In this document: piece by piece, positions 38,181 through 53,799 of the stretch
Layout of the letters: the number at the start of each line of letters is the position of its first letter
Position numbering within the stretch: position 1 is the first letter of the stretch
From: Azolla caroliniana
Taxonomy: Eukaryota; Plantae; Polypodiophyta
Direction: 5' to 3'
Assembly: GCA_043228905.1 (NCBI GenBank)
Contig: JBHGNT010000018.1
Span: 8,990,001-9,054,000 of the forward strand
DNA: 64,000 bases
The notes under the pieces: generated by a model
The model's input: only the letters and a program-made list of their open reading frames with translations
Databases searched by the model: none
What the model was told of the DNA's origin: nothing
Program-made: the position numbers and the translations under genes

Positions 38181-39256
38181 TCATGTGTTTATGACATTTA
38201 AATATTACAACAATGGGGGTAATGTGAACTCACATAATAGGAGTGCAAAACCCCATACATCAATAACAAGTGGCAAAGCTCATGTTTGCATGTAGTTCGA
38301 CAACTATATGAGCGATATCTAATGTGACGAAAGACAAGCTCCATCATCTAATGCAAGAATGCAAGTGCAAGTTGAATTGAAGGGGAGTCATAAAACATTC
38401 TGGTTTAAGGTTTCATGGAATGTTTCATCCTTCAAAAAAAAATCACGATGAAAATATAACCTTGTACCAGTGTCATCGAACAAGCAAGCATAGTTGATGC
38501 CCAATACGGCTTTACTAAGTACAGCTCTAGACTTCATTGATCCACGACACAAGATCTGGAGAAGATCCAGCATCAGACACACAAGGATACAAAAGCACCC
38601 AAAAGCACCCATTGACCCTTGCTTATGCTTTACTACAGGAACAATTTAGGAGGCAAAAACTGCAAACATAGACCAAGATGGAAAAAGAAAGATTGAACCA
38701 TGTTCTAGAAATTGTTAAATACTTCATTGTAAAGCAATCCTGGCAGGAGACAATTCACTAATAATACAAGTTGTTTGATGATGCTTATTAGTGTTAAAAT
38801 ACCTCAGCAGGTAGCTAACACCTTTGACACCAATGGAATATTTGAAGTCAACTGTGCTAACACATTTTGAAGTTGTTGCAAAGGGTTATATTCACTAATA
38901 GAGTGTGGGTTGAGATCTATACAAAATGGTACTCATTGCCAAAAAAGCTCAAGCAAAACATTTGAGAGACTTCAAGAGTTTGGGATATTGTCAAAGTGAT
39001 AATGAGATATTTTCCTGATGCCCAGGATTGTACTGCACTGTTGAATCTGCATATGACTTGCATGTGTTCCTCCAAATGCACTAGTTTTCTCATGGATCAT
39101 GAAAGAATTCGGCAACCTAAGAGGCATTAACAGAAGTCATCAAGTTTAGGATCTTATTACAACATGATTTTAGATGCTATCAAGATTGAGAATCAGCATA
39201 TTGTAATACACATACCTTCACATCTCCCCCACCACAATTGATTGAAAATAACTAGT

Positions 39257-42200
39257 TTATTTTGAATCAGACACAACTGGTGGCTCAAATTCTTGGCTTT
39301 TTTCACTTTGCTTCACCTTTATTTTATTATATGCTACTACCCCAGCAATGGCTAAAATAACAATTTCCATCAATATGAGATGTTAGTGCAGTTCAACAGG
39401 TTTCATTCAATTTTCAAAAGCATTATATAACAATTAATTAATGATTAATGATACAAATTCTAGGTATAGTGATTTCAGCTTAACCTATGCCATATCCAAC
39501 GATGTTGATTACAGTAAGTTTTACATCAGTGAATATTAGGGTAGAGACAAGTACAACGACCCAATCCTTCACAACTCCAGCCACACGGATTGTTACCGCA
39601 CTGGTGTGAGAGATAACAAGGACAACTGAAACATTTAATGCAAAGGTGCATAGAGCATTGAGACAAAGAATCCATGGATTGATGCCCCAAGAATCCTCAG
39701 TCAGATCCATTTTCGGCTTTTCAAGGAATATCCATGGTATGAACAAACAAATAGCACTGCAATACATATTCATGACAGTGCATTAATATAAATCTTTAAG
39801 AAAAAACGGAACAGAAATTTGTCAAGAATGTCATTCTTTTTTAAACTGTTTTTCCCAGAATGCAACACCTTTCTAGGTTCTTTGTCAAAATCCAACACTT
39901 TTTCGCTTAATTAATTCTAAAACACAAGAATGGAACACCTTAATAATGCAACTTTCTAATTAAGTAGTAAACCAAGAAGATCTGGGCATTAATTATTTTT
40001 TCCTAAGTGAAGTATTGTGCCACTACTTAATTCACACTGATCATAGCATGTCACTAACTAAGGAAGTGTCATGCGCTTAATCCATATTGAATAATTTGTT
40101 GCACGTTGGTTGCTTAATAACTTGACCAAGAAAAAAGTGAAGCTTTTTGACAAACACTAAATGTGCAGCATTTTAGCAAATACACACAGAAAGAACGGGC
40201 ATTACCACAAAGTTTCCCCTTTAAAGAATGTTATGATGCATTTTATAAAACCTTCACTTACCTGAAAGGGCTAATATAATACATCATGGTAAGAGGGTTG
40301 AAGTTGAGACCCTTTTTCTTAAGAAGGATCTCTATGCATATGAGTCGTGCTGCTTCACCAATAACACCACCGAACTGATATACAACTCCAATCCAATTGA
40401 AATCAATCTCTCCATAGGAAGCTACAACAACACCTACGCTAATGATAGACATTATAGAAAGCATCCGTAGGTTCAGCTTCTCTAGTCCAACCATTGTTCC
40501 AATGAGAAACACGGCGACGGGCACTAGGGAAATGAAAAACACCAAATGATGGAAAGAAAGACTTAGAAAAACTTTGAGAGAAAGATGAATGACATTTGAC
40601 GCATGTGAACACAAATGTTCTACAATTCTTACTCACGGCCTTAAGCATTTGTGCAAATGCAACCGAAATGTAGAGATACGCTGTATTGCCGAGCCACAAA
40701 GTCATTGCAAACAATGCTCCAATGGGAAACACTGATGTAGCATAGCTATAGGAAAAACAGCAAAGAAAAATATCCTTGAAGATCATGTTGATAGCTTAAA
40801 TTGGAGAAAAAACTAACATCAAATCAGGTACAAAAAGTCCTTTGTAAACCAAATGTCATTCACAAAGTGAAAAATGCAAACATTTGAGATTTAGTTTGAG
40901 ATCAGTTGAAAAATAGGAGGATTTTTATCTTGGGTGGAACATCATTCTCTAAATCATGTGCGAAATCAACACTCTTTGAGTTCAAGTGTAAGGAAAGAGT
41001 ACATTCAAGAGTTTGTTTGAGGTTAGTTATATGAGGATTTTGTGAGTTTGTTTGAGGTTACTTACATGAGGATTTTGACTTTGCCTAGAAAACCATGCCC
41101 TTTGGTCATGTCTGAATCAACACTCTTTGATGTTTAGTATAAGGGGTGAAAAAAAAAATTTGAAATACTACCCCTGAGTTTTCTTTTATTTCAACAATGC
41201 CCGTAACTTTCCCTTATGAAACAGATACTAACCTTTGACCATGTCTGAATGATCAAATTCAATGATTTTAGTATTAAGGGGGGAAAAACTAAACTCCAAA
41301 ATACCACCCCTAAGCTTTTCTTTTTATCCACAAATGCACGTAAATTTTTGCTATTTCTCCCAGCCACAACTAATCATAATTACGGGTGCTTGGTTTCTTC
41401 TGTAGTAAAAGTCTTTAAGAAATGAGCAACACAAAGAAACCAAATAATCTCACAAAAGAATAGCTTACATGTCTAATGTTACTTTCTGTTCCAATGGCAC
41501 GACCTGCAGAAAATCATCGGAATGAGTTATGCCAAGTTTTTCCTTAATTATCCCCAAAATGCCCCTATGTTTTTGCTATTTCCCAATAAATGCCCTTAGT
41601 CAACAACCCCATCTCCCAGCACCCCTCCATTCGCTGTTGAACAACATTGTCAACCTGTTCCCATTTTTTGAGCTCTCTCATCTTGCACTCTGGTTGACAA
41701 GGAGCATTTGGCAGAATAACAAAAACTATTTCCATACAAATGCCATTGGTCCACAACCCCTTCTCCAAGCAACTATATGTGCTGCTTGAGCAACGATATC
41801 GTCAATCCATCCCCATTATTATCTGCTCTCTTTCCCTATCTTCCGAGGGTCGATTGGGGGCATTCAGCGAAACGACAAAAACATGGGAGCAGCTCAGGAG
41901 AAAGTAAGGAAAACCCAATTGGTTTATGTTCTTGACTTTCTATCCTGAACTTTAATTTTTGATTCAAATGAAAATTGATTGTAAGGAAAAAGATTTTTAT
42001 TTTTTTTTAAAAGCAAGAAACAAAGATCAATGAAATACCTTCAAAACTTTTACTACAAGGAAGCAGAGGACCGATGAGAACACCATGTGCAGAAGCGTCA
42101 GGGCCACAGGATATGGAAAATTAGGCTTTGCTGAGGAAAGGACCCACTGAAACAGAATAAATGTATAAAAGAAAATTGCATAGAGAAATCACACGGATGA

Positions 42201-42305
42201 AGAAAAGAAGAAAGAATATCTGGTCACCTTGTTGAAGAAGATCTGGCCACTCGAGAGAATAATGTACATGAGGATGTATGCATATGTGAGGAGGAGCTTC
42301 GCCAT
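39257..42305 (-). CDS. Triose-phosphate translocator / nucleotide-sugar transporter family protein (7 exons)
   Basis: GT-AG exons 42228-42305, 42039-42146, 41469-41503, 40633-40745, 40262-40523, 39485-39756, 39257-39351 splice in frame: MAKLLLTYAYILMYIILSSGQIFFNKWVLS..NFPYP..LGNTAYLYISVAFAQMLKA..TSAVTIRVAGVVKD. Confidence 0.92.
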
Positions 42306-42674
42306 GGCTCAAAAACCACCAGAGGAAGATGAAGAAACACAGAGAAGATGATTAGTTAACAAGCTTGGAACGCCATATCCATGGAGGAGAGAACGTTGCA
42401 GATCTGATCAAATTTCATAGCATCGGCTCAGCTGATTTCCTAGTGCCCACACAGTAATACAATATTTACAAAATTACCAAAATACCCCTCTTCTGGATTT
42501 CACGAAATTCCCCATATACCCCTGCTTGTTTCCTCTCACACATATTTTTTAGAGAGAAATGGTCATATATTTATTATTGAAGAAAGTTTTCTTTGTTTTG
42601 AGGGGGGGGGGGGGGGGGGGGGGAAGGGCACACAGATTGTTGAGGAATTTCCCGAAAATGGTAATATTTTTGTA

Positions 42675-43166
42675 AAAATTGTCCTCTTTCCAACTACTTG
42701 TTTAAGTCCAATATGGACAAAGGTTGACAATTCATGTTTCCAGTCCCATATGGACAAAGATTGACAACTCATGTTTACAAATCATAAACCGACGAAGGAA
42801 CTTCACAATGTCAAATGTGGAACAATCTACATTTGTTAATGAGTGATTGAAACAAACTTGATGGCAATTGCATTCTTTCTCCTACATGTATTCATTGTTA
42901 TGAACCAAACATTGGTACTCAAATGAATCAATCTATGTTTATGAATGGAATAGCAAAACCATGGACGAACACACGATCATTTCACTTCGCAATTTCCTAC
43001 ACTTCATGCTTCATCGCAAAAATTGTCCTCTTTCTGAGCACTTGTTGAAGTCCCATATGGACAAACAGACAACTCATGTTTATGAAGCATAAACTGAAGA
43101 AGGAACTTCACAATGTAAAATGTGGAACAATTTGCATTTGTTAAGAGTGATTGAAACAAACTTGAT
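42675..43166. repeat. Local imperfect direct duplication (about 42675-42862 and 43017-43166)
   Basis: Shared CATATGGACAAA..ACAACTCATGTTTA..GAAGGAACTTCACAATGT..GTGATTGAAACAAACTTGAT. Confidence 0.7.
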
Positions 43167-44020
43167 CACTTTCATCATCGTAACATCTACCTTTATGATG
43201 AGGGAAGCTATCATGATACATGGGCAATTCACAATATTGGTTAGTTTCAACAAAGCTATACTAGCATTGGATTTCCTAAAATTACTAGTTTCAATCATTG
43301 AATATATTCATGACCATTTGTCATGCTTTTGATGATCATCTTGAAGGTGGAAGAGCATGTGAATTTATTGAGATCATTGCATCTTCAACTTCTCTTGTTC
43401 ATTATCACAATTACATCAGCTTGTTAAAAGGTCATATGGTGGAAAAGTGAATTTACTGACATCATGGAATGTTTCTTCATCGTTTTACTATGTTTACAAC
43501 AATGTTGCTTCAAATGATATTGCATAATAATCAGAGGATCACAAGATCTTAACTGAACAGCTACCATTACATGACTATCATCTAGATGTAGTAAGTGTTT
43601 TAACTCTGTGAACTTGCCAAAAATCTTCATTTCATGTCTAATAAATAAATACTACCACTAAGATATCATTGTGTAGCAAGGAAACCAATAATCCTTTCAA
43701 AAACAAAAACAACTTTCATAGCCAATTCTCACATCTGAGGCATACATGGCACCTCCTAGATGTGCTCCTAAATGCAAAACATACATTTACATACAAAGGG
43801 GGTGGGAGTGTGGATGATTCATTGTAGCAACGTATATATGTACAGATGTTTTTCAATATAGCAGCTATTGAGGGTATAGAAGCATCATATTGGGGGTTTA
43901 GAAGCTAAACCTCGATGGCATGTATATTTGAGGGGCAGATTTCAACCCCTCGTAAGTAACATAAAAGCACCCCTATATTGCTTATGCGATTATGGTACTT
44001 ATGCTAGCTCGCAAGATTCT

Positions 44021-47000
44021 CTACCGACAAGCACTCACAGGTGACTGATGGTATAGTTGATGGCACATGAAAGCAAGCCTCTTCTCTTCAAAAGAATACT
44101 CTTGTGGTGGTCTACTATGCATTTGTTGTGGCATAGACAATGCAGCTTGTTGTGGATAGGTACTTGTTATTGTTGTTGGTATTGTTGAAGGCATAGATAC
44201 TTGTTGAGAACTAGTTTGTTTTGGTGGGGTTGCGTTTTCTTCATCTTCTTCGGATAATCGGCTTAACGGAGGTTGAGCAGATAATGAACTTTTCGGCATA
44301 TTTATTGCAGCATGAACCTCTGTATTGTTTACATTTGGTCGGAAACTGTGGGCTGATACTGGGGACAGTGGTGTACGAGTAAGAGCATTCATAGCCGGGC
44401 GAGGGTTGATCTCTTGCCCTAATGGATGCTTCACATTCGACACACCTACATAAACACATGTAGAGCATTTGATTGAGATAAGAAATTGAAGTGAAGCAAA
44501 ATAGGAAACAGAAACATGCTTAGTCCTAATATGTTGCTTACCTTGGTGTGGAAATTTACCTTCATCATATAGAATCACTCGGTTAACTAAGGTCAATGGT
44601 GTTTGGGTCATTCTCCTGTTATCCTTGCTTGCTATTGTTCTTGTTGGAGTTAGTATGTTATGGCGTCCGATGGACGGAGATTCTTGGAATAACATAGCAC
44701 CACCCATTGAGATCCGGCGACTTGCCGGTGTGGTGTTCATTCTGGAGGGATTCACTCCTTTCTTCAAGGGTGTCCTCCCATTCGGACTTGACCTTGACCC
44801 GAAGAGGGTCTCTTGCTCATTAACAAGCTGCTCATGAAGCTTTTTCTGATCCTGTATGCAACATCAACATATACATTGGATTACATCAACATCAAGTTTG
44901 ATATTACATGAACTAGGTTAGTAGCATCAACATTCATTGTTTATACATGAATTAACACCCACATCAATGGACTTTCACATCCCATTGCATATACATGAAC
45001 TAATGTCCACCATCCAGTCTGATATACAATCACTACCATCAAACATCCCATACAGTACATCATGAACTGACATCAACATCCAATTGATTATATGTGAGCT
45101 AGAATCAATAGGAAAAAGAAGATAAGGCATACCCGTTGTCGGCGTCTCTCCTCTTCCTTCTCCATCCTCAGTATATTGTACTCTTCTATTGTTGAGAGAA
45201 GTCTTACCTGATGGAAGAAATTCAAGGTTTTAAAAATTGTTTACATCAGAGATTCAGATGAGACTAGTTTCAGCCATTTTCGTCCTATTAACCTGGAGTA
45301 GATATATCAATTTCTAAACAGCCAAATAAGCCAATCTCTTTTAAAGATGTCCACATACCCCATCATACATAAATGGCTTTGTGGCCTCTTCTTCCCATGC
45401 TGTAGTTCTTGCAATAAGGGCCTCCACCATTGCTGTTTCAATAAGGATAAGATTACTGACCTATAATTTCCATTTGTTTTGCTTTTTCATGGAATCAATC
45501 CACAAGATAGTTTACCTGGGATCTTGTTGACAGTTGCACGAGCACGCTCCGCACGCTTCAAATTCAAATGTGCTCCTCTTGTTGCACTATACCTGTTTTC
45601 ATCCTATCAATAGAGATATATGCATACTCCTATTAGTTCATATTACACTCAAAGAAGACAAGAAATATATCAGGGCTTCATTCCCACTTCATACACATTC
45701 CTATTTACCTTATTATATTCCTCTAGCCAACTTTCTTCTTCACAAGCTGCAATCCATTTTTCAACCTTGTCCATTATTTCTTTCCTGCTAAAAGCTTCTT
45801 CTTTGATGCACCCAATTTGTTCTTCAATGGTTGCAAGGAGTTCCGCTGGATCTACCATCCCTAAGAAAGAATATTTTCAGCATCCTTAATCCATCAGCAA
45901 ACTATTGATAACTAAGGGATAAACATGTCCATAAGAGAACTATCAATAAAAACACAATTTTACCAGTCCTACCTGATTCCATAGATGCAATGGTCTTGTC
46001 TAGAACCATATAGTTCTCTGGGATTATGTGCGCTTTTCTACATAGCTCTTCCATCTCATTACGCTTCTTAAGAACAAGCTCCTTCATCTTGCTAGCTTTT
46101 AAACTCTCCAGCCTTTCAACTTCTAGTTCAGCCTACATACGAAATAAAGACAAAAAGGTAAGTGACAGTCTGATCAACACAAGTCAAATAGACAAAATTT
46201 ACTTGAGAGCAAGGGATCACCGGTTCAATTACAGACAGCGAAAGAGTCCCTTGTCCAACAATTTCATGCTCAGAAACTGCAATATTACAGGTCACGTGGC
46301 GGAACTGATGTTGCTCTTCTAAAGGTGTATCCATTAAGTTCCAAAGCTCAAGTAAAGACGTGCCCAGGTCTTGGATCTAATAAATTGTAATACAAAATCA
46401 ATGTGTAAATGTGAATAGGGAGTTACGATACAATAACCTATCGAGTTCCTGAGAAATCGAGAAAAAATTTTGAACTATCACCTTTTGCATTCTTCGCCTC
46501 TTCTCATCTGTCAGTGATTGTATAGTGCTTACTAACTTGCTTATGGTTTCATTGCTAATGCTTTTGACTTGGGTGCTGGAAGAATCATCTAGCGTTGGAT
46601 GCACTTCCCTAATTGTTAAATAGAAATCACATCCAAGTACTGCACAAATATCGTGGATGGTGTCCACATAATCAATGACCTTGAAGAGTCGATCATTCTG
46701 ATACATCGCACTTCCCACTACGTAAGTTCATACTTTACATACATTGCTTTCTTGCCATGATCTTCTATGAATAACACAACAAACCTTTTCCTTTTGTAGA
46801 AACTGAAGTTGTGATTGAAGCTCTTCAAGTTTCCTTTGACTCAAATCCTTCTCATTGATTGAAAGTTCCATTGGAGGAGTTGATGGGCATATCTCACACT
46901 GGATTCTTTGGATCTGGGAAATGACTTCTTGTAGCACCCTGATGCGATCTTCTTTCTTTCGAGTCATCTCATCTAAAATGGGCTTTAACTGTGCAAGTTG

Positions 47001-48247
47001 TTCCTTGAGCGTACAACCCCTATTCTCCAACTAATAGAAATCATCCAATAGTTCAAAAATCAGATATGGCCCAAAAAAACTACCTCGAGAAGAGCAAAAG
47101 GAGAATTTACTTAAAATTACAAAAACTGAAAGGAAAACCCCAATAGAAGAAACATGAGCAGCATTACAATAAATTTGGTGTTATAAGGAACATGAGGGTA
47201 CAGACGGGTAACCTGTGAGACAGGCGGACGATCTCCAAGAGAGGAAGCAAGAGCCACGATCTGAGAGTGGATCTCTGCAATCCATTGATGTAAACTTGCT
47301 CGTGATCTGTTTGCATGATCAACTTTGCGACGGTATACCTCTAGGCATTCTTGCTCAATCTCGAGGAGAAGTGCGTCCCGTTCATCATCATTCTCGCCCA
47401 TCTCGTCCCAAATTAACTGTCAAAATAGAATGAATATCACAATCAATTCCAGAAGGCCAAAACCAAAAGGATGTATCCTTTTTGTACATATACACAATCC
47501 TGGTTTCTGGATCTTGTTAGTATCATGAAGCTTTTCATTTCAAATGCGGACGATTGATGGGATGCCTTTGTCATGGTTTCAAGCAAAAACAAAATTTAGC
47601 TAATGAGACATGGGGAATTCAACATGACCTTATATGACAATGCGAGCCATCATAATCTTATCTTTATCTGGTTATGAAAATATTCATCATGATCAACATG
47701 GTGAAAATTAGACTCATAATTATTCTTAGACACAACCTCATTAGATCATGATGTTGCGAATCCCCCCATGGTTTCAAGGGCAGCACATTTAAGCTCGTTG
47801 CATCATCATGGAAGAAGTCATCATGGTTTCATCAAGACAAACAGGTTTAACCCGCACAAATTTTTGCAATGATTTCGAGAAAAATCATTTAAGTTCCCAC
47901 CAGAACATAAATCACGTCTTTAAGCAAAAATCAATAGATTTCGAGCGAACAAAATAATAAGAAATCCACAGATTTAAATAGAACAACACATATTCCGTCA
48001 GCGAAACAGTAATAAGGAAATAACTATGAAATAAAAATCCACAGACTAAAAACAGACAAAGAAATCGATCATCTCCTCGCGTCATGAGTAGAAATAACTA
48101 GTTAAATGGAATAATACGTACTCAAAATAAAATTTCATAGATTTAAAAGAAACAACGAAACCCTGAACTAACCTGTAATTCGTTAAGCAGCATCCCGCAG
48201 GTCGTCTCGACTTCAGAGAGTTGTTGCCTTCCTCGAAGTGTTGCCAT
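44021..48247 (-). CDS. MAP65: 65-kDa microtubule-associated protein (MAP65/Ase1/PRC1 family), multi-exon
   Basis: Exon 1 (48173-48247) [25 protein letters not shown]; then [77 protein letters not shown]; C-terminal EYSFEEKR. Confidence 0.93.
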
Positions 48248-48875
48248 TTCTTCTGTATCTGCATAGAAAAGAAAAACATTTAGGAGAAGGTCTAACCCAT
48301 CTCTCTATATTCTTGTTCTGTGGAAAACACAGATCTTTTGTTAAGTTTGTGCCTCCCCTTTCGGAAAATCCTTTTTGTTTTTTTTTCCTGTGTTTATGGA
48401 AATCGTTTGAGTTTATTTGATGCGTTTGAGAGAGCACATACCCGCAGAAATGCGTTCTTTTGGAGGAGAGGATTAGGGGTACTTGGAGTGTCAGGATCTA
48501 AACTTAGAGTTCCCGTGGCGTCAGGTCTGGATCTCTGCAAGTTTTAGCAGAGTGTTACCTTTTGAAATCTAGAGTTTTCCAAAGGGTTAAGTGTCAGGCG
48601 CCTGGAATTTGGGGGGGTTTCAGGAAACTCAAAGTTTTGAATGTTTTTGGGGAGGGAATTTGTAGAGATTTTGGCAGAAACACGGAGATGCGAGGATGAA
48701 AGGGTGGAATTTATCCGGGTGTGCAGATCAATACATATCTGCGAAAGAAGAAGTCAGGGTTAAAGGACAGAAATTAGAGAGAGACAGAGAGAGAAGAATG
48801 GGAGGGGAGGGGAGGGTTTGACTGCGAACAAGAAAACTTAGCAGCAGGTGAAGGAGTATAGGGTTTAGGTCAAAA

Positions 48876-48941
48876 GAAGAAGAAGAAGAAGAAGAAGAAG
48901 AAGAGATGAGAGCTCAGAGGCTGGCAATGTGGCAAATATTT

Positions 48942-48977
<36 letters not shown>

Positions 48978-49253
48978 GGGATCTGAGGTATAGCTACTTA
49001 CTTACTTATTTATTTACTTACTTGGCTGCAGAGTAAGGAGAAGGAAGAGCAAGAAGGTGTGTTCTCTGTTCTGCGTCTACGAAGAAGAAGAAGAAATGTG
49101 AGGAACCTGGCTATGGCGAGGAGGTGAGAGAGTGTAGAGAGAGAGTAGAGAGGAAGTAGAAGTAGTAGTAGTAGTAGTATTTAAGTAGTTAGTCACCCTC
49201 TAATTATTTTGATGTTTTTTTTTCTTCTCTGTTTGTTTGTTCGTTGCTTGCTT

Positions 49254-49303
<50 letters not shown>

Positions 49304-50030
49304 TCTTCTCTGCTCTTCTTTTCTTTTCTTTTCTTTTCTTTCCTTTCTCTCTGCTCGTCTTCTGCTTCATCATCTCTTTTTTTCTCTTCTTTCTTTCTGC
49401 CTTTTGCTTTTTGCGTTTCGCCTTTTGCCCCCTTTTGCCCTTTGCGTTTTGCGTTTTGCTTTTTCCGTTTTAAAAATTCGGATGGCTTTTTCTTTTCCCA
49501 TTTTAGAGACACGTAACAAAAATGAAGACAATAATATACATATATTATACGAGTGAAATACATTACAGAAATCAATTTGTGCTGTTCTTAATACTTACTT
49601 ATAATTATTGTTGTTATTATTATTATTATTTCTCTGTGTGGTGTATCTACATATGTGTGTCCGTCCTTCTTCTGTTTCTTTTTCCTTCCTCTTTATTTAT
49701 TTATTTATTTATTTTGAATTTTGAAAGAATCCCAAAAGTAGCCGTTCCGCTCCGCGCGCTCTCAAAACTTTTATTTGTTTTGAAGGAAGGAAAGGAAGGG
49801 GGGGGGGGGGGGAGGCCTTTTCACACACACACACACACACACACAAAACTCTCGCTTCTTTCCTTCCTCTTTCTCGAGACAACAAACACTACACACACTT
49901 ATACTACATGTATGTACTATGTATGTATATATGTATATATATATGTACATACATATATACGTTGGCATATGTATGTATGTATGTACATAGAGATAGATCG
50001 CCCTCCTCCTCTTCCTTCCCAACCAAGTGT
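48876..50030. repeat. Microsatellite-rich 5' UTR/promoter region of MAP65: (GAA)n, (GA)n, (CT)n, (CA)n, (TA)n, poly-G
   Basis: Directly visible simple repeats. Confidence 0.85.
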
Positions 50031-53000
50031 TCTAAACAACTGACATTGCGTGGGATGTGGACAAGCCAATGTAATGTGCAAAAGGAACCTATATATCTTT
50101 CTTTCGTCCCAAGTTCTACAATATAAGATGGCCTAGCCTATATCGTCCATCCCAATCATAAATGCCATGGATTCGCGCATCAGCCCTTTTATTGCATGAA
50201 TGTTGCCATAGTACTCTCGACCCCCCCCCCCCCCCTTCCCCATCCATTTGTTTCATGTTGGAGTAGACAAATTTCTCTTTGGGTAGACAATGAACTGATT
50301 TGATTAGGCCCAAAGGACACTTTACTGAAGCATATGGTTGTGATACATCCCCGATGGCTGCATGATTATCGCTTCAATTTATTGCTTGTGGTACTCATAC
50401 ATTTATGCTTGAGGTTATTTTTGTGGTACTCATAAGTTTGTGCCTTGTAAGGATGCATCATGCCCTTTTGTTCGAGATAATGAGTGGTCTCGAATAGAGT
50501 TCTTGAGCCTTACATTGACCACTCCATTGGCTCCCCTTTAATGCTTCCCTTGGATCTCCTCTAATAGGGTCTTTGAGTTGGTCCTACCTAGATGATGTGA
50601 TGACAACCCCTTGTTAATTCATATGCTTTCTCTTTTAAATTTAGGCCCCTTTGATTCGCATGTGCAGCCTCACTTCACTTCTGTTACTTCTCCTTTGTGA
50701 CTGCATGCACTAACTCCCGTGCACCCCTTCAACTTCTTCTTCGTTGTCTCCACACCGGGTTAGACAATTGTTCTATCCTCACTCCTTAGGGCCCATTCCT
50801 CTGATATTCCTATGTGAAACTCTAGTCATGCTGAAACATGGATCTTTTAGAAATCCTCGTGGCATAAGGATAGAGGTCTTATGTTACATATCAATAGTAC
50901 TTATTCAACTTTAGAGCAACTGTACAAACATTGAGTTAAGAAGTTTATAATGCTCAATATTTATCGGGAATGTAATGAATGTAGTATTGTAGCATCCTTA
51001 AAAAAAACAATGAACTCGAGTAATCACTACTCATTAGTACGATTCATTCATTGGCAAATCCACACCCATTTTTATAAACATTACCCTTGTGTTTGTGATC
51101 ATGTATAAGTCCAGACATGAGACATTCCACGATCTACGAATAACTATCTCACTTGTTAATCATATGTACGTATGGATGTAGAATGCCTACCCATATAGAT
51201 TTAGAGTTTACAAGTGACCTCTTCTATTAACGGTCCTCTCACATCCATTCACATTAGGTGCGTTGAATGTTACCATTTTAATTGGGTACATTTATGTGCA
51301 AGAGATACCATTTACCTATCCCCGATGGGTTGCATTCACATATTGTCAATCTAAAGAACATAAAATTATGTTGATCTAATGAAAATGTCTCACATTTCAA
51401 GAGATCATATATAGCCCCGGTTTGGTGTATGTAGATAGTGGAATCCCAAATCATGATCAATCCATAAATATTGTGGATTTTGTCCAATAGTATATCAATA
51501 GAACACAATGCATTGAAATTGGTTCCAACATGAAAACTTGAACATGTATGTACCCCTTTTCCAAATTCCCAAGTTGCTAGGCAAGATCTATCTACTCAAT
51601 GAGTTCCCGTTACCATGTTGAATTTGAATGGTGATTTACAATTTCTTGAAATAAACAACAGATCAAAATATTTCTCTCTTCTATACTAGGACATTTGATC
51701 TTGTGATTCCCTCCTCCAAAATTTAGAGGATATGAGGATAAAAAAGACTGAAATATGTCAACTAAACTATAAAAAACTATGGGCTTTTTGTACATAATCT
51801 AGGTAAAGTTTGTTAGTTTAAGATTTGAAATTTCTAGTTCGTAGAAACATGTGATGTGTTGTTAGACATTGTGGCAATAGCAATGCATACCCTTATGATG
51901 ACTTTGTTGTTTACAACAAAATATCATGACAATAAGTCTCCTCCCAACACATACTAGGGTAATGTGGTAAATAGAATTGTTTATGTCTATGATTACATTT
52001 TTGTTGTACATATTGGAGTGTAAAGTCACTCTACCTAACTAATGGGAAATATCTTTTCAAAAAAAAATGTCTCTTCCCAACAATAAATTATATTCATAAT
52101 TGAGTGCCTAAGCTTTTTCATAGGTTTCTTATAGGGGCTTCCTATTGATCCCTAAGTTGTTATCCCCATATTTGAATTAGAATATCACATAAACCTTAGC
52201 CATGTTGAGACTATCTTAGTCCTCACTACCGATAGTATTCATTTGCTCTTTTGAGGTATGTTTTGTATTCATCAGAGGCAATTTGTGCATAACTTACACA
52301 TTATTCGCATCACCATGTAGGCAAGGGGATTGTTTTTAACCCTTGGGTTTGTCGCCATAATTTTAGGAATAGTGCATTATCTAAAATAAAAATATGAATT
52401 TTGAGGTGTGGACATAAGTCTCAAAGTTTTTTTTTTGAAACATTTGAAAACTGTACATGGAGAAAGCAGAAGGAGACATTTCATCTCACTTCTATCATGA
52501 TACAAAGGCTAGTATAAGCATATGATTAAATAGATGTTGTCTTATATGAAACAAGTAGAACAATAAATATCAGCTACGCAACATAAAAGCAGGTATGGCA
52601 TAATTCCACTTTAGACCAGAAGTTGTATCCGAAAATAAGTGAAATCCTTGCCATCGGTTTGTAAAGGCTATTTGCTGCCTTTGCCCCAAAACGTCACCCG
52701 AACCCTGCAGATCATCATATTGACCATGTAGTGTGTGGACAAATAACTCTAAGTAGAAGTCTCAAAGTTCAAAAGACCTTTTAGATTAAAGAGAAGAAGC
52801 AAGGTTTTCTACCTCCAACCATATTGTCCTTTCTAGGGTTAAGAACCCTTGAAAGGAAAATCTTTTGATGAACGAAGCATCTTTCTTTATTTTTTGTTTG
52901 GTTCCTTGTTTGTAACGAGGTGTAAGAAAACAAAAGGGAGTGAGAGTTTATACAAATAGATAGATAAGACGTTAGTATACTCCTCATTCATAGAGGAATC

Positions 53001-53799
53001 CATTGAGGCAGCATGATACAAATGCTATGTATCCCATTTTCCAAACCATTTCTTCAACAAATCTAGAACCCAACATTTTGATTTTATGTGTCTTTTGAAT
53101 ATTTTTACTTGCTTCCCATTGAGTGTATGCACTAATACATATAATAAATCATATGTATTTGTGTCAAAGCGTTTTTCGGAAACCACATCTTGCTCTTTCT
53201 AGATGGATGCTTTACCTTGTTTGAGGGCACTGTGTGAAAGTTGTGTCCTTGATTTAAGAATTCAATTGATTTTAGGTAATCCACTTAACGTAGAACGACA
53301 TGAAAGGTGCTATGAAAAACATGTAACTTACGATAAGTCAATATAGTTAGGAAATCTCTAGAACTTATTTAAGGAAGAATCGTTAAGGGTTGTGGTTGTA
53401 GTTCCTTCTTTCTTGTATTGATAAAAGATAGTTGAGGCCACCTCCACTCATAGTTCAAGTTACCTTGAAATCTCTATGCTTCACATATAGATACAAAGAT
53501 AATAGCTTTTGCTCTACCTTATATATGATGAGAGTCGTATTTGTCGTGCCTATGTGGGATATCTGAGAGTTTTCTCTTTTCCTTTCACAAACTTTATACC
53601 CTCATATCTTGATATCTAGTTGTTTGTTTCTCGTGTAATAAAGTGCATTCGAAAGCTCTTGAAGACCTCCATCATTTTGTACTTAGATATTAAACTTATT
53701 TAAAATGTTATCTTCACTATTATTGTTTTATGTGATTCATACTCGATTTTGTACGTTTTATGTGATTTTCACACCATTGCCAAAAATCTTCACGACAAC

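Noticed and set aside
49204-50126. Several ORFs of 70-170 aa
   Set aside because: They are translations of microsatellites and low-complexity sequence
50300-53750. Possible genes or TE remnants upstream of MAP65
   Set aside because: No convincing protein motifs, splice structure or element termini could be read by eye
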